Assembly: GCA_016182095.1 (NCBI GenBank)
Contig: JACOXY010000001.1
Coordinates: forward strand, 1-57,993
Origin: Candidatus Liptonbacteria bacterium
GTDB taxonomy: Bacteria; Patescibacteriota; Minisyncoccia; UBA6257; JACOXY01
DNA: 57,993 nucleotides
Reading direction: 5' to 3'
The position numbers were made by a program, and so were the translations under genes. The notes beneath the pieces were generated by a model, which was not told the DNA's origin, ran no database searches, and saw only the letters and a list, made by a program, of their open reading frames with translations. Shown in pieces: positions 27,296 to 37,359 of the stretch; position 1 is the first letter of the stretch, and the number at the start of each line of letters is the position of its first letter.

Positions 27296-28546
27296 TTGGA
27301 GCAGTTTAAATTTGGGGTGCGCTCTTTGGAGAGATACAAGCCCTATCTGGACTGGATTAGTGGTGAGCACTATAAAATGCGCGAGCTACTAATCTCGCTC
27401 GTGAATATCAATTCTTGGAGCCACAATCCGGCGGGATTGGAAAAAGTTATCTATCTTTTATCAAGAGAAGCAACCAAACTTGGCGCTCTGCCCAATCAGG
27501 TCATTTTAGATCTGCCGCCCCATAAAAGAATTGATGCCAAAGGAAATCTTGAGGAAACACCGCTTGGTCCCGCGCTTCATGCCACAAAACGGCCCGGGGC
27601 GCCCATTAAAATTTTCTTATGCATCCATGCCGATACGGTTTATCCGCCAGATAGTCCTTTCCAAAAAGCGGAGGTGCTCGATGAAAACACTATGCGCGGT
27701 CCGGGCGTGGCCGACGCTAAAGGTGGAGTTGTTGTAATGTTAAAAGCGCTGGAGGCATTAGAGAGAAGCCCGTGGGCCAATAATATTGGCTGGGAAATGC
27801 TTATAAACCCCGACGAGGAGATAAGCGGCGTTGGATCAAGCAAACTTTTTCAAGGAGCCGCAAAGCGCAACCACATTGGATTACTTTTTGAGCCGGTATT
27901 GCAGAATGGGGCTATGGTTAGCCATAGAAAAGGTTCTGGAAATTATGTAGTGAAATTTAGCGGCAAATCGGCGCATGCCTCAAGACCTGGATTGGGCGCG
28001 AACGCAATTATGGGGGCGGCCTATCTCACAGTAAAAATTTATGATCTAATCGGCAGACTACCGGAACTAACAACCAACCCGGCAAAAATAGAAGGCGGCG
28101 GACCGAACAATGTAGTCCCTGATTTTGCCCAATTGCGATATAACATTCGCATGCAGGACAATCGCGATCTGCAGTTTGTGGACCAATATGTCAGAAATGC
28201 GCTCGAATACATTAAACTGCGGTACCAGGTTGAATCAGAAATTGTAAGCGAACATGTGTCAAATCCAAAAAAATTGGATGAAAAAACTGCCGGGTTGATT
28301 TCTCAATTTACGGAATGCGGCAAAAAAATAGGTCTAAACCTGAAATGGGAGCAAAGTGGCGGCCTTTCTGATGGCAACCGCCTTTCGGCTTACGGCCTGC
28401 CTTGCATTGATTCGCTGGGCGTGCGCGGCGAGAATATCCATAGCCCGGAGGAGTCCATATCTCTAAACAGTTTAGTGGAGCGGGCCAAGCTCACAGCATT
28501 ATTCCTAATGAAAGCCGCATCGGGAGAAATCGTATGGCCGACATAA
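27296..28546 (+). CDS. M20/M25/M40 family metallo-hydrolase (glutamate carboxypeptidase-like)
   Basis: IHADTV, GPGVADAKGG, PDEE, FEP, GGLSDGN, IHSPEE. Confidence 0.9.
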   Translation: MEQFKFGVRSLERYKPYLDWISGEHYKMRELLISLVNINSWSHNPAGLEKVIYLLSREATKLGALPNQVILDLPPHKRIDAKGNLEETPLGPALHATKRPGAPIKIFLCIHADTVYPPDSPFQKAEVLDENTMRGPGVADAKGGVVVMLKALEALERSPWANNIGWEMLINPDEEISGVGSSKLFQGAAKRNHIGLLFEPVLQNGAMVSHRKGSGNYVVKFSGKSAHASRPGLGANAIMGAAYLTVKIYDLIGRLPELTTNPAKIEGGGPNNVVPDFAQLRYNIRMQDNRDLQFVDQYVRNALEYIKLRYQVESEIVSEHVSNPKKLDEKTAGLISQFTECGKKIGLNLKWEQSGGLSDGNRLSAYGLPCIDSLGVRGENIHSPEESISLNSLVERAKLTALFLMKAASGEIVWPT

Positions 28547-28746
28547 AAAGCCAGCTAAGCGAAATAAACAAAACGCGCTTTGATTTTGCCAGGGCATTTA
28601 TAGAGGAAATCCTGAAAACGAATGAGGAGCTAGACGAAGAGACGGCTTTTGCTTTCATTTTGCAGTTTTTTAACCTGGCAATGAATTCTCTAAGCGAGGG
28701 CGGTGTGGATCTTCTTTTTATAAACAAAAAAAACAAAAGGCGCTGA
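28534..28746 (+). CDS. Small hypothetical protein
   Basis: Overlaps the hydrolase stop; terminator-like hairpin at about 28833-28856. Confidence 0.55.
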   Translation: MADIKSQLSEINKTRFDFARAFIEEILKTNEELDEETAFAFILQFFNLAMNSLSEGGVDLLFINKKNKRR

Positions 28747-28973
28747 AGATTAATTTGTTTGATTTTTTTAGAACCAACTATCCTGATCTTGTGAAAGAAA
28801 GAGCTGAAAACGAGAACAAGGTTAATTAGATAAAACCCCCCATCATTTGATGGGGTTATTTGTTTTATTCGCCGCTAAATAGATGTTTTATCGCTCTGCG
28901 TAAATTCAATCCGACTGCAAAGTAGCCGCAACCAATTCGGCCACCTAATAATCCGGGTCGCCGCAAATTTAAA

Positions 28974-29363
28974 TCAATTGCATTGCCTTCTAAACTCCCT
29001 AAGCATTTTAAAAAATGTATTTTTGGGTGGGTCATCCATCGCTTCCGCCTCCAACTCGTTTACAATCACAATTTTCTTTTTTATCCCCGACATCCAGAGC
29101 GCGAAAAGACAGCCCAAATCAAACTTCGAACCACAGCTAGCCTCGTCATACCAAACATGAACTTCGTCGGCTTCCAAAATAGCATTGAAGTTAGTTTTGC
29201 AGATTATAAAGCCCCCGGTTGGATCGCTTTGATTAGTATCGCGATGCGGGAAATGCACCTTATAGCCCCTTGCCTCCAATAAACCAACGTAGGCATTCAT
29301 TCTTTTCTTAAGTTCCTTATCTGCATCACGAACAGGACAAATCAAAAAAACTTTCTTTCCCAT
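28974..29363 (-). CDS. Nucleoside 2-deoxyribosyltransferase-like protein
   Basis: KVFLICPVR, VHFPHRDT, NFNAILEADEVHV, SCGSKFDLG. Confidence 0.7.
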   Translation of the reverse strand: MGKKVFLICPVRDADKELKKRMNAYVGLLEARGYKVHFPHRDTNQSDPTGGFIICKTNFNAILEADEVHVWYDEASCGSKFDLGCLFALWMSGIKKKIVIVNELEAEAMDDPPKNTFFKMLREFRRQCN

Positions 29364-29436
29364 TGATCACCCTTGCGCGAGATACTGATATAAGAATAGA
29401 GTGCTAAAAATAAAAAGCAAAGGGGCTAAATAAGCC

Positions 29437-32001
29437 CTACTTCAAAACCTTTCGCAAATACTCTCCGGTAAAACTGCCGGCCTTTTGCGCAACTTCTTCA
29501 GGGGTGCCCATGGCCACAACCCTGCCACCCTTCTCCCCTCCTTCTGGGCCCAGATCAATAACCCAATCGGCGGACTTTATCACATCCAAGTTATGTTCAA
29601 TTACTATCACGGTGTTCCCGCGCTGAACCAGTTTTTGTAAAACTTCAAGCAATTTTTGAATATCTGCGAAATGGAGTCCGGTTGTGGGCTCATCCAACAG
29701 ATAAAGCGTGCGGCGCGTATCAGGTTTCCCCAGTTCCGCGGAAAGTTTGATGCGCTGGGCTTCCCCGCCAGAGAGAGTCGTGGCCGATTGCCCCAATTGC
29801 AGATAGTCCAAACCGACGTCCTCCAAAATTTTCAGGCGCTCATAAAGCCACGGAATGTCCTTAAAAAAATCTACCGCTTCCTCAATCGTCATGTTCAGAA
29901 TGTCATGGATATTTTTGCCGTGATACTCTACCGCGAGCGTTTCCCTGTCAAACCTCTTGCCCCCGCACACATCGCACTCCACATAAACCGTCGGCAAAAA
30001 GTGCATCTCAATAGCAATCGTGCCATGACCCTCGCAATTCTCACACCTTCCGCCAGGCACGTTAAAGCTGAATCTTCCCGGCTTATATCCTCTTACGCGG
30101 GCATCTTCGGTGGATGAGAACAGCTCACGAATATAGCCCCAAGCGCCGACGTAAGTGGCGGGATTAGAGCGTGGAGTGCGCCCAATCGCCGACTGGTCAA
30201 TATTTATAATCCGATTAATATACTCAAGACCCAAAATCGCGTTTACTCCATTTACTTTGAACCCGGACCGATTAAGCTTGTTGGCAATATATTTATAGAG
30301 CGCGTCGTAAACCAGAGAGCTTTTGCCGGAACCGGAAACTCCCGTGATCGCCACAAAACGTCTCAATGGAACTTCCAAATTTATATTTTTAAGGTTGTTG
30401 GTTGAAATCCCCCTAAGCTTTAGATAATCCTGATTTTTAGAAATTTTTCTTCTTTCATCGGGGACTTCAATAAATTGCTTACCGCGTAAATAGTCCAAAG
30501 TTAGAGATTTATATTTCTTGTCATCCTTTATTATCTGCGGCATCGGCCCTTCCGCGATAATCTTCCCGCCATGGACCCCGGCGCCAGGACCTATATCAAC
30601 CAAATAATCCGAAGCGCGAATCGTTTCCTCGTCGTGCTCAACCACGATAATCGTATTCCCAATATCGCGGAGATTTTTCAGAGTTTCCAGAAGTTTTGCG
30701 TTATCGCGCTGATGAAGCCCGATAGTCGGCTCATCCAAAACATAAAGAGCTCCAACGAGCCGCGAACCGATTTGCGAGGCGAGCCGTATTCTTTGCGCCT
30801 CACCGCCAGATAAAGTCCCCGCCATTCTATTTAATGTGAGGTACTCCAACCCCACATCAATCATAAACTGAAGACGGTTTTTAATTTCTTTAAGCGGCAA
30901 TTCGGCAACCTCGGCAAACCTAACATCTTGCGATGTCGTTAGGTTAGTGAAAAATTTTTTAGCCTCGGCAATTGAAAATGCCGTTACCGCTGAAATATTT
31001 TTATTATCAATTAAAACATTAAGCGCCTCCGGTTTTAATCTTTTCCCGTCGCAAACCGGACAAATTTTTTCCGAAAATAAACTCTCCGTGCCTAAGCCAT
31101 TGCACGTTGGGCACGCTCCGTAAGGACTGTTGAAGGAGAATAGCCGCGGCTCAATTTCCACAAAAGCAAACCCGTCACGCGGACAAGTAAACTTGGCCGA
31201 GAAAGAATGCTCGCGATCACCATCGACAATCACCGTCAAAACATCATTGCCGTACTTTAAGGCATGCTCAATCGCCTCTGCTAGTCGTAAACGATTATCT
31301 TTGTCGCGAAAGTCCAAAGTTTGCGGGATTCTGTCCACTAAAAGTTCAATGGTATGCGCCTTATAGCGCGAAAGTTCAATGCGGTGCCTTAATGATTTAA
31401 ATTCTCCGCTAATTCTGACTTCAGAAAATCCGGCGTTTAAGAAATCGTAAAGCATCTGGTAGTATTCCCCTTTCCGGCCGCGGACGACGGGCGCCAAAAT
31501 TAAAATATTTTTGTCGGTTTTTGCTTTTTTAAAAATCCTAATAACCGCGTCAACTATTTCCTCCTTGGTCATTTTTTTGATTTCACGGCCGCATTGCGGG
31601 CAGTGCGGGATACCTAATCGCGCAAAAAGTACTCGCAGATAGTCATAAATCTCGGTAATGGTCGCCACCGTTGAGCGCGGATTATGTGAGTGGCTCTTTT
31701 GGTCTATGGAAATTGCTGGCGATAACCCCTCAATTTCATCCACATCCGGTTTATCAAGTTTGCCTAAAAATTGCCTGGCATAAGCCGAGAGTGATTCTAT
31801 GTAGCGTCTTTGGCCTTCGGCAAAAATAGTATCAAACGCTAAGCTGGATTTTCCCGAACCCGAAAGTCCCGTAAACACAATCATCTTACCCCGGGGAATT
31901 TCGAGATTGATGTTTTTAAGGTTATGCTCACGGGCACCCTTAATTTTTATGGTTCGGCCCTGCTCACCACCCTGAGCCTGCCGAAGGATTTTATCGTTCA
32001 T
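29437..32001 (-). CDS. uvrA: Excinuclease ABC subunit A
   Basis: Two ABC cassettes: [27 protein letters not shown] twice. Confidence 0.98.
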   Translation of the reverse strand: MNDKILRQAQGGEQGRTIKIKGAREHNLKNINLEIPRGKMIVFTGLSGSGKSSLAFDTIFAEGQRRYIESLSAYARQFLGKLDKPDVDEIEGLSPAISIDQKSHSHNPRSTVATITEIYDYLRVLFARLGIPHCPQCGREIKKMTKEEIVDAVIRIFKKAKTDKNILILAPVVRGRKGEYYQMLYDFLNAGFSEVRISGEFKSLRHRIELSRYKAHTIELLVDRIPQTLDFRDKDNRLRLAEAIEHALKYGNDVLTVIVDGDREHSFSAKFTCPRDGFAFVEIEPRLFSFNSPYGACPTCNGLGTESLFSEKICPVCDGKRLKPEALNVLIDNKNISAVTAFSIAEAKKFFTNLTTSQDVRFAEVAELPLKEIKNRLQFMIDVGLEYLTLNRMAGTLSGGEAQRIRLASQIGSRLVGALYVLDEPTIGLHQRDNAKLLETLKNLRDIGNTIIVVEHDEETIRASDYLVDIGPGAGVHGGKIIAEGPMPQIIKDDKKYKSLTLDYLRGKQFIEVPDERRKISKNQDYLKLRGISTNNLKNINLEVPLRRFVAITGVSGSGKSSLVYDALYKYIANKLNRSGFKVNGVNAILGLEYINRIINIDQSAIGRTPRSNPATYVGAWGYIRELFSSTEDARVRGYKPGRFSFNVPGGRCENCEGHGTIAIEMHFLPTVYVECDVCGGKRFDRETLAVEYHGKNIHDILNMTIEEAVDFFKDIPWLYERLKILEDVGLDYLQLGQSATTLSGGEAQRIKLSAELGKPDTRRTLYLLDEPTTGLHFADIQKLLEVLQKLVQRGNTVIVIEHNLDVIKSADWVIDLGPEGGEKGGRVVAMGTPEEVAQKAGSFTGEYLRKVLK

Positions 32002-32028
32002 AGCTTCTGGCTTATGGCTTCTTGCTTT

Positions 32029-32074
32029 AATTCGTTATACCCCTAATTCGTGCGAATAAGGGGTATAACGAATT
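32029..32074. repeat. 46-bp near-perfect palindrome (family also at 73-94, 32663-32688, 33010-33030, 37071-37106)
   Basis: AATTCGTTATACCCCTAATTCG-TG-CGAATAAGGGGTATAACGAATT. Confidence 0.85.
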
Positions 32075-32082
32075 ATCAAATT

Positions 32083-32643
32083 TTATTCAATAATTTTGAA
32101 TCCAAAGAGTTGGGCATTTTTTTCTAAATCATGCTTATCTGCGTACATCAATCTGCATATTTCATAATGTTCTTTATTTTGTATAAAAATGGTTTTTGAC
32201 AAAATACTATTTATTCCAATATCTCCAATCAGCTTTTCGTCTTGGATATCAAAAACTACCGAGTGAATTGAAAGTGGAACTGTTTTTAAATAATTTTCTA
32301 TAATTCCAGGAAGATTGCGTGTTTTTATGGCGTATATATTATTTATTGACACAAAATCAACTATGAGATCGTTTTTTATAAATTTGGGACTGCCAAACCT
32401 ACTCCCCCTTAAATCCCACCCATTGTATTTAAATGGCGTAATCTCTTTTTCTACAATAAAATCAAAATCTTTCGAAGTATAATCAAAACCATACAAAATA
32501 TTTATCAAGCCCTTATAAACCGTTCCTCCCATAAGCCAAATTTTACCTTCTGAGTTTTTCCTTACCAAATCAAGCGCTTCAGCATATCGGGCATTTTTGC
32601 TTAGTCGCTCTTTAAACAATCTGGATAATTCTTCTGTGATCAT
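32083..32643 (-). CDS. Nucleotidyltransferase-like protein (poly(A) polymerase/CCA head-like)
   Basis: IWLMGGTVY...KDFDFIV resembles the GG-x-V..DxD motif. Confidence 0.65.
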   Translation of the reverse strand: MITEELSRLFKERLSKNARYAEALDLVRKNSEGKIWLMGGTVYKGLINILYGFDYTSKDFDFIVEKEITPFKYNGWDLRGSRFGSPKFIKNDLIVDFVSINNIYAIKTRNLPGIIENYLKTVPLSIHSVVFDIQDEKLIGDIGINSILSKTIFIQNKEHYEICRLMYADKHDLEKNAQLFGFKIIE

Positions 32644-32688
32644 ATATTGTCATATTTTTTTATTCCCTTATTCGCGCGAATTAGAGAA

Positions 32689-32949
32689 TTAAAGAAGTGA
32701 GATAATTTGTTTTGCCGCTGACCTTTGATTTGAATTAAGCCGGTAAAACATCTGTAATCCTATTTGGTCTTTTTCCAGAATATCTGCTGCCAAAAGAATA
32801 TTTAAATGTTTTGATGTAGCCTTAAAAGAAAGTTCTATTTCTTCGGCAATATCACCAACTGACGCCTCACGTTTATATTTAACATATTTAATAATCGCAA
32901 GTCGTCTCTTGTTGGCGAACGCTTTCAGTATTTTTTCTAACTCTTTCAT
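32689..32949 (-). CDS. ArsR family HTH regulator
   Basis: KAFANKRRLAII, SVGDIA, SFKATSKHL, LQMFYRL. Confidence 0.9.
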   Translation of the reverse strand: MKELEKILKAFANKRRLAIIKYVKYKREASVGDIAEEIELSFKATSKHLNILLAADILEKDQIGLQMFYRLNSNQRSAAKQIISLL

Positions 32950-33042
32950 GTTTATAATTTTATATATTTAAATTCCATCAATAATACCATGTATTGTCTC
33001 TTATTCAACTATTCGCGCGAATTAGGGATTTAATTACTTCAT

Positions 33043-35088
33043 TTAGAAATTTAATTGTTTTTTAGATTTGATATTCTTGGAATCCTTAAGCAATACCCTT
33101 ATCTCGTCGCGTAGGAGAGCGGCAACTTCGAAGTCCAAATCCTTTGCTGCAATTCTCATTTCTTTTTCCTTATTTTTTATTAAGTCATCCAGTTCCCTGC
33201 CCTTCAGGGGCACATCTTCCAAACGCAAAATTTCGCGGATATCTTTTTTCTTGAACTCCAGACCACCCATAATGTCATTAATATTCTTGATAATTGTTTT
33301 GGGCGTTATGCCGTGTTTTTTATTGTATTCAATCTGCATTTTTCTACGGCGATTGGTAACATCCGCCGCCCTTTTAATGGAGCCCGTAATTACATCGGCA
33401 TACAAAAGCACTTTGCCGTTCACATTTCGGGCCGCGCGGCCGATGGTCTGGATTAACGAAGTCTCACTTCGTAAGAATCCTTCTTTGTCGGCGTCTAATA
33501 TGGCGACGAGAGATATCTCGGGCAAGTCCAAGCCTTCGCGGAGCAGGTTCACGCCAACCAGCACGTCATATTTCCCCCGCCTGAAGTCGGACAAGATCGT
33601 AATCCGGTCAAGCGTTTTAACGTCGCTGTGCAAATAATTTACTTTAATGGTTCGACCGTGCTCACCACTGGTCTTTTTTCCTTCTAGATACGCGCTTAGG
33701 TCTTCAGCCATTTTTTTAGTTAAGGTTGTTACCATAACACGCTCTTTTTTAGCCATTGTTTTATCAATCCACTCTTTGAGGTCATCAATTTGGTTCTTGC
33801 CTCCTTTAAGAGCCGAGACAGGGTGCATAATAATCTCCGGATCAACGAGCCCCGTCGGACGGATGATTTGTTCTGCGACATTCTTACTCGCCTTTAATTC
33901 GTATTGTGACGGAGTTGCTGAAGTGTAAATCACCTGTCCCACCCGCTTTTTAAACTCCTCAAACCGGAGTGGACGGTTATCTGCGGCGGAGGGCAACCTG
34001 AACCCATATTCAATCAGCGTTTTTTTACGCGACGCATCCCCCTCATACATACCGCCAATCTGTGGAACGGTAATATGCGATTCATCTATCACGGTCAAAA
34101 AGTCATCCGGGAAGTAATCCAAAAGCGTTGCAGGCGGCTCTCCCGCAGTCCGCCCCGATAAATGCCGGGAATAGTTTTCAATGCCGTGGCAGTAACCCAC
34201 CTCCTCAATCATCGCAAGATCAAACTTGGTGCGCTGTTCCAGGCGCTCCGCCTCAAGATATTTTCCGTTTTTTTCAAAGTATTTAAGTCGCTCATTTAAT
34301 TCCTTTCTTATAGCTTCTACTGCCGCTAATTTTTCATCTCCCATGGTGATAAAATGCCGAGCCGGGGAAATAACTACGTCCACTGCGCGGCTTGACTGCC
34401 GCGACACAGGATCGGTTTCATAAATTTCTTTTATTTCGCCGCCCGTAACCTGCAAATTATAAATAATTTCGCGGTCAGGTGGCATGATCTCCCAACTATC
34501 CCCACGCAAACGAAAATAGCCGCGCTTCAAATCCGCATTGGTGCGCGTAAATTGCAACTTCACCAATTTGCGGACAAAATCTTTACGTTCCAATTTAGAA
34601 CCCACATGAAAGTCCATGATATTTTCCGCATATGCTTCTGGCGCACCCAGGCCGTAGATACAAGAGACTGAAGCCACCACGACTACATCTTTCCTTGTTA
34701 AAAGAGCAGTCGTTGCCGCATGACGCAATTTATCTATCTCGTCGTTTATCATCGCCTCCTTGCCGATGTAAGTATCGGAAACGGGAATGTACGCCTCCGG
34801 CTGATAATAATCGTAATAAGAAACAAAATAATTCACCGAATTTTCCGGGAAAAGTTCACGGAATTCGTTGCAAAGTTGGGCCGCCAGAGTCTTGTTATGC
34901 GCGATAACAAGCGTCGGTTTCTGCACTTGCATAATTACATTCGCGACCGTAAATGTCTTTCCGGAACCTGTAACGCCAAGAAGTGTCTGGTGCTCAAACC
35001 CTTTCCTTAAGCCCGAAACAAGCGATTTTATAGCTTGGGGCTGGTCACCACTTGGTTTATATTTTGACTTTAGCCGGAATTTATTCAT
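33043..35088 (-). CDS. uvrB: Excinuclease ABC subunit B (start taken at MNKFRL)
   Basis: GVTGSGKT, AHNKTLAAQL, DESH, NLLREGLD, IQTIGRAAR. Confidence 0.98.
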   Translation of the reverse strand: MNKFRLKSKYKPSGDQPQAIKSLVSGLRKGFEHQTLLGVTGSGKTFTVANVIMQVQKPTLVIAHNKTLAAQLCNEFRELFPENSVNYFVSYYDYYQPEAYIPVSDTYIGKEAMINDEIDKLRHAATTALLTRKDVVVVASVSCIYGLGAPEAYAENIMDFHVGSKLERKDFVRKLVKLQFTRTNADLKRGYFRLRGDSWEIMPPDREIIYNLQVTGGEIKEIYETDPVSRQSSRAVDVVISPARHFITMGDEKLAAVEAIRKELNERLKYFEKNGKYLEAERLEQRTKFDLAMIEEVGYCHGIENYSRHLSGRTAGEPPATLLDYFPDDFLTVIDESHITVPQIGGMYEGDASRKKTLIEYGFRLPSAADNRPLRFEEFKKRVGQVIYTSATPSQYELKASKNVAEQIIRPTGLVDPEIIMHPVSALKGGKNQIDDLKEWIDKTMAKKERVMVTTLTKKMAEDLSAYLEGKKTSGEHGRTIKVNYLHSDVKTLDRITILSDFRRGKYDVLVGVNLLREGLDLPEISLVAILDADKEGFLRSETSLIQTIGRAARNVNGKVLLYADVITGSIKRAADVTNRRRKMQIEYNKKHGITPKTIIKNINDIMGGLEFKKKDIREILRLEDVPLKGRELDDLIKNKEKEMRIAAKDLDFEVAALLRDEIRVLLKDSKNIKSKKQLNF

Positions 35089-35243
35089 GTTTAGCAACAA
35101 TAATAAATGCCAAAAGTTCCCCGCAGGGCAAGACCCCAGGGGCATAGTGTTCAATCTAAATATTTAATTATAGTAATAATAACACAAAAAAATTATTTAT
35201 GCAAACCAAAAGCCCCCGAAGTGCGGGGGCTAAAAATTACAAC

Positions 35244-35825
35244 TTAGTGCCCGGCGCTTTTACAGACAGTTATGCCGCGCATGGCAATCATGCGGACTAA
35301 ACTTGTTGGTATAAGTTCTCCAGACTGCAAAGCCACTCGCGCCTTAAACAAAATCGGCAAAACAGCGTTAGGGTTCACGCCATACTGCGCGAGCGTACTT
35401 TCCGCAAAGCTCCTGCGCTCATCAAACAAAATTTTATCCGGCAACATAACTTCATCAAGATATACAATATCAATCAGGTTAATGTCCTGAAATGCCAAAA
35501 AGAGCGCCTCTGCCCAAGCCAGAGCCAAAATACGGCTGTATCTTCTTATAAAGGCATCGGACAATTTCTTGATTTGAGCGCCGGATGGCTTGCCGCCTTT
35601 AAGTTCGGTCCTAATAGCATCAGCCAAAAAATCAACAACTCCGCCCGTATATAATGCAAAAAAAGATATTGCCTCTCTAAACTCACCATCATTAAGCTTG
35701 TGTTTCTTAAAAAATCTGTACAGTTTTTTGAAAACATCTTCTTTAATAAAGGGGTGTAAAAACTTAGCCAAGTTTTCGGCATAGTGCTCATAGGTATGCC
35801 CTTCTTCGTTCCTCTCATCGTGCAT
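35244..35825 (-). CDS. Hypothetical helical protein
   Basis: ORF followed by a terminator (AGCCCCC..GGGGGCT at about 35211-35232). Confidence 0.6.
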   Translation of the reverse strand: MHDERNEEGHTYEHYAENLAKFLHPFIKEDVFKKLYRFFKKHKLNDGEFREAISFFALYTGGVVDFLADAIRTELKGGKPSGAQIKKLSDAFIRRYSRILALAWAEALFLAFQDINLIDIVYLDEVMLPDKILFDERRSFAESTLAQYGVNPNAVLPILFKARVALQSGELIPTSLVRMIAMRGITVCKSAGH

Positions 35826-35919
35826 TGCGGGGAACCGTAATTCAAGATTCTAATTTAAGATTAAATTAAAAGCTGTATAAAAGCAAAAGGTGCTTGCTAA
35901 TGAGTATGACAATAAACTG

Positions 35920-36036
35920 CCTCATGGCAAGTCACGAAGCATTGCCAGCCAAAATAAAAAATTGGCGGAACCAATGTCGGCTCGTGAGCCGATACCTCAC
36001 CGAGGTGAAGGCGGAGTCTTTTCTCCACGCATTGGT
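35920..36036. other. Branched hairpin element
   Basis: ACCAATG (35970)/CATTGGT (36030) closes TCGGCTC/GAGCCGA, CCTCACC/GGTGAAGG and GGAG/CTCC. Confidence 0.55.
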
Positions 36037-36084
36037 CCCGCGAAGACTATAATAATCAATAATGATAAATTAGTAAAGAAGATT

Positions 36085-36642
36085 TTAAATTTTTACTGAA
36101 CCCTGCCGCAATACGCTAACTTGCCCGCTTTTAATCATTATAAGAGTTGATGGTTTGGTATTTTTGTTTTTACCATTAACATAAAAATCAATATGGTCTC
36201 CAAAATACTTCTTTGCCTCTTTAATATTTTTTGCAGGAGGATATCCTTCCCAGTTAGCGGAGGGGGCTACAAGCGGACCGGTGGATCGTAGAAGTTTGCG
36301 CAGACTATTCTTTTTGGGTACGCGGAGTGCAAGCGTATTCGTGCCCCGATACAGATAAGCAAATTTTTTTAACCGGCACGGCAAAATAACGCTCACTTTT
36401 CCGGGCCATAGTTTTTTCAATACTTTTTGAGTCTTAACATTCGGATGTATGCCAAAAATTTTTAAATCGTCCTTGCTGTTTATTAAAATAATAAACGGTT
36501 TTTTTGGGTTTCTCCGTCTAATTTTATAAATTTTTCGAACAGTTTTCCTGTTTAGCGCAGAGCCCACCAAGCCGTAGATCGTGTCGGTTGGCATTACTCC
36601 AATACCCCCATTTTTAAGAATGTTGATAATTTTCTTATCCAT
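36085..36642 (-). CDS. tsaC: L-threonylcarbamoyladenylate synthase (TsaC/Sua5 family)
   Basis: PTDTIYGL, KIYKIRRR..KP, WPG, PSAN, PST. Confidence 0.93.
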   Translation of the reverse strand: MDKKIINILKNGGIGVMPTDTIYGLVGSALNRKTVRKIYKIRRRNPKKPFIILINSKDDLKIFGIHPNVKTQKVLKKLWPGKVSVILPCRLKKFAYLYRGTNTLALRVPKKNSLRKLLRSTGPLVAPSANWEGYPPAKNIKEAKKYFGDHIDFYVNGKNKNTKPSTLIMIKSGQVSVLRQGSVKI

Positions 36643-36658
36643 CCCGCTAGAGATAGGT

Positions 36659-36752
36659 CCCGTTAGAAATTTTACCTATCGACGTATGCAGTAAATCACT
36701 AAGTTAGTATTTTTATAATCCCACTAAGCCCAACTTAATTATTTCTAACGGG
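36659..36752. mobile_element. Short MITE-like element
   Basis: 12-bp terminal inverted repeat CCCGTTAGAAAT/ATTTCTAACGGG. Confidence 0.55.
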
Positions 36753-36769
36753 GTTCGCATTGAAAGTAT

Positions 36770-36976
36770 TTAAAGAGTGTAAGCCGAAGAAAGCGCACCA
36801 AAAAGAAATGGCGCTAAAATAAGAATTCCGATTAAAGGTAAAACAGTGATTGTGAGCCCCACAATAAAAGTCCACATAAAATATCTCCGAGTTTTCTCGA
36901 CGGACTTAAAAATTGCATCCAGTTTTTTGTCTTGTTCTTCCAACCGTTTTAAGATTTCTATTTCGCGATCTTCCAT
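36770..36976 (-). CDS. Small membrane protein
   Basis: Coiled N-terminus plus hydrophobic C-terminus; TGATATAAT 6 nt before ATG. Confidence 0.75.
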   Translation of the reverse strand: MEDREIEILKRLEEQDKKLDAIFKSVEKTRRYFMWTFIVGLTITVLPLIGILILAPFLFGALSSAYTL

Positions 36977-37255
36977 GCCTTTATTATATCACAAACTACG
37001 AAATATTTTTATCAGCGGTTCCACTTTGTTTCGGGGAGCCCCGTTGAGCTCGACATTTTCCCATTAGATTGTTACACCCCTTATTCGCACGAATTAGGGG
37101 TGTAACGAATTCAAATTCATTTTTATTCATTTTTTAGGAGAAGCAATATAATTTATATATTGTGGAGAGCGTGAGCGTGGAAAGAAAGTTTAGTAAAGCA
37201 AAAACTATACAAAATAAGATTTTAAAATCTTGCCTTACTTATTGCTAAATTATAT

Positions 37256-37351
37256 AAGCTGGCTGTACCTTTTTAGCACACCTATCGAAGCGGGCTGGCT
37301 TCCGCGCTTGAGCGTGGTGTTCCCGGTGCGCAAAAAAGATACAGCCAGCTT
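37256..37351. repeat. 96-bp fold-back element at the end of nfo
   Basis: AAGCTGGCTGTA.CTTTT / AAAAGATACAGCCAGCTT. Confidence 0.6.
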
Positions 37352-37359
37352 GGGATAAG

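Noticed and set aside
32029-33030. Palindrome series as CRISPR or a proven integron
   Set aside because: Spacing is gene-sized and irregular, there is no integrase, and no clear attC RYYYAAC/GTTRRRY boxes.
35089-35154. 22-aa N-terminal extension of UvrB in the ORF track
   Set aside because: It translates a GCAA hairpin repeat; homology starts at MNKFRL.
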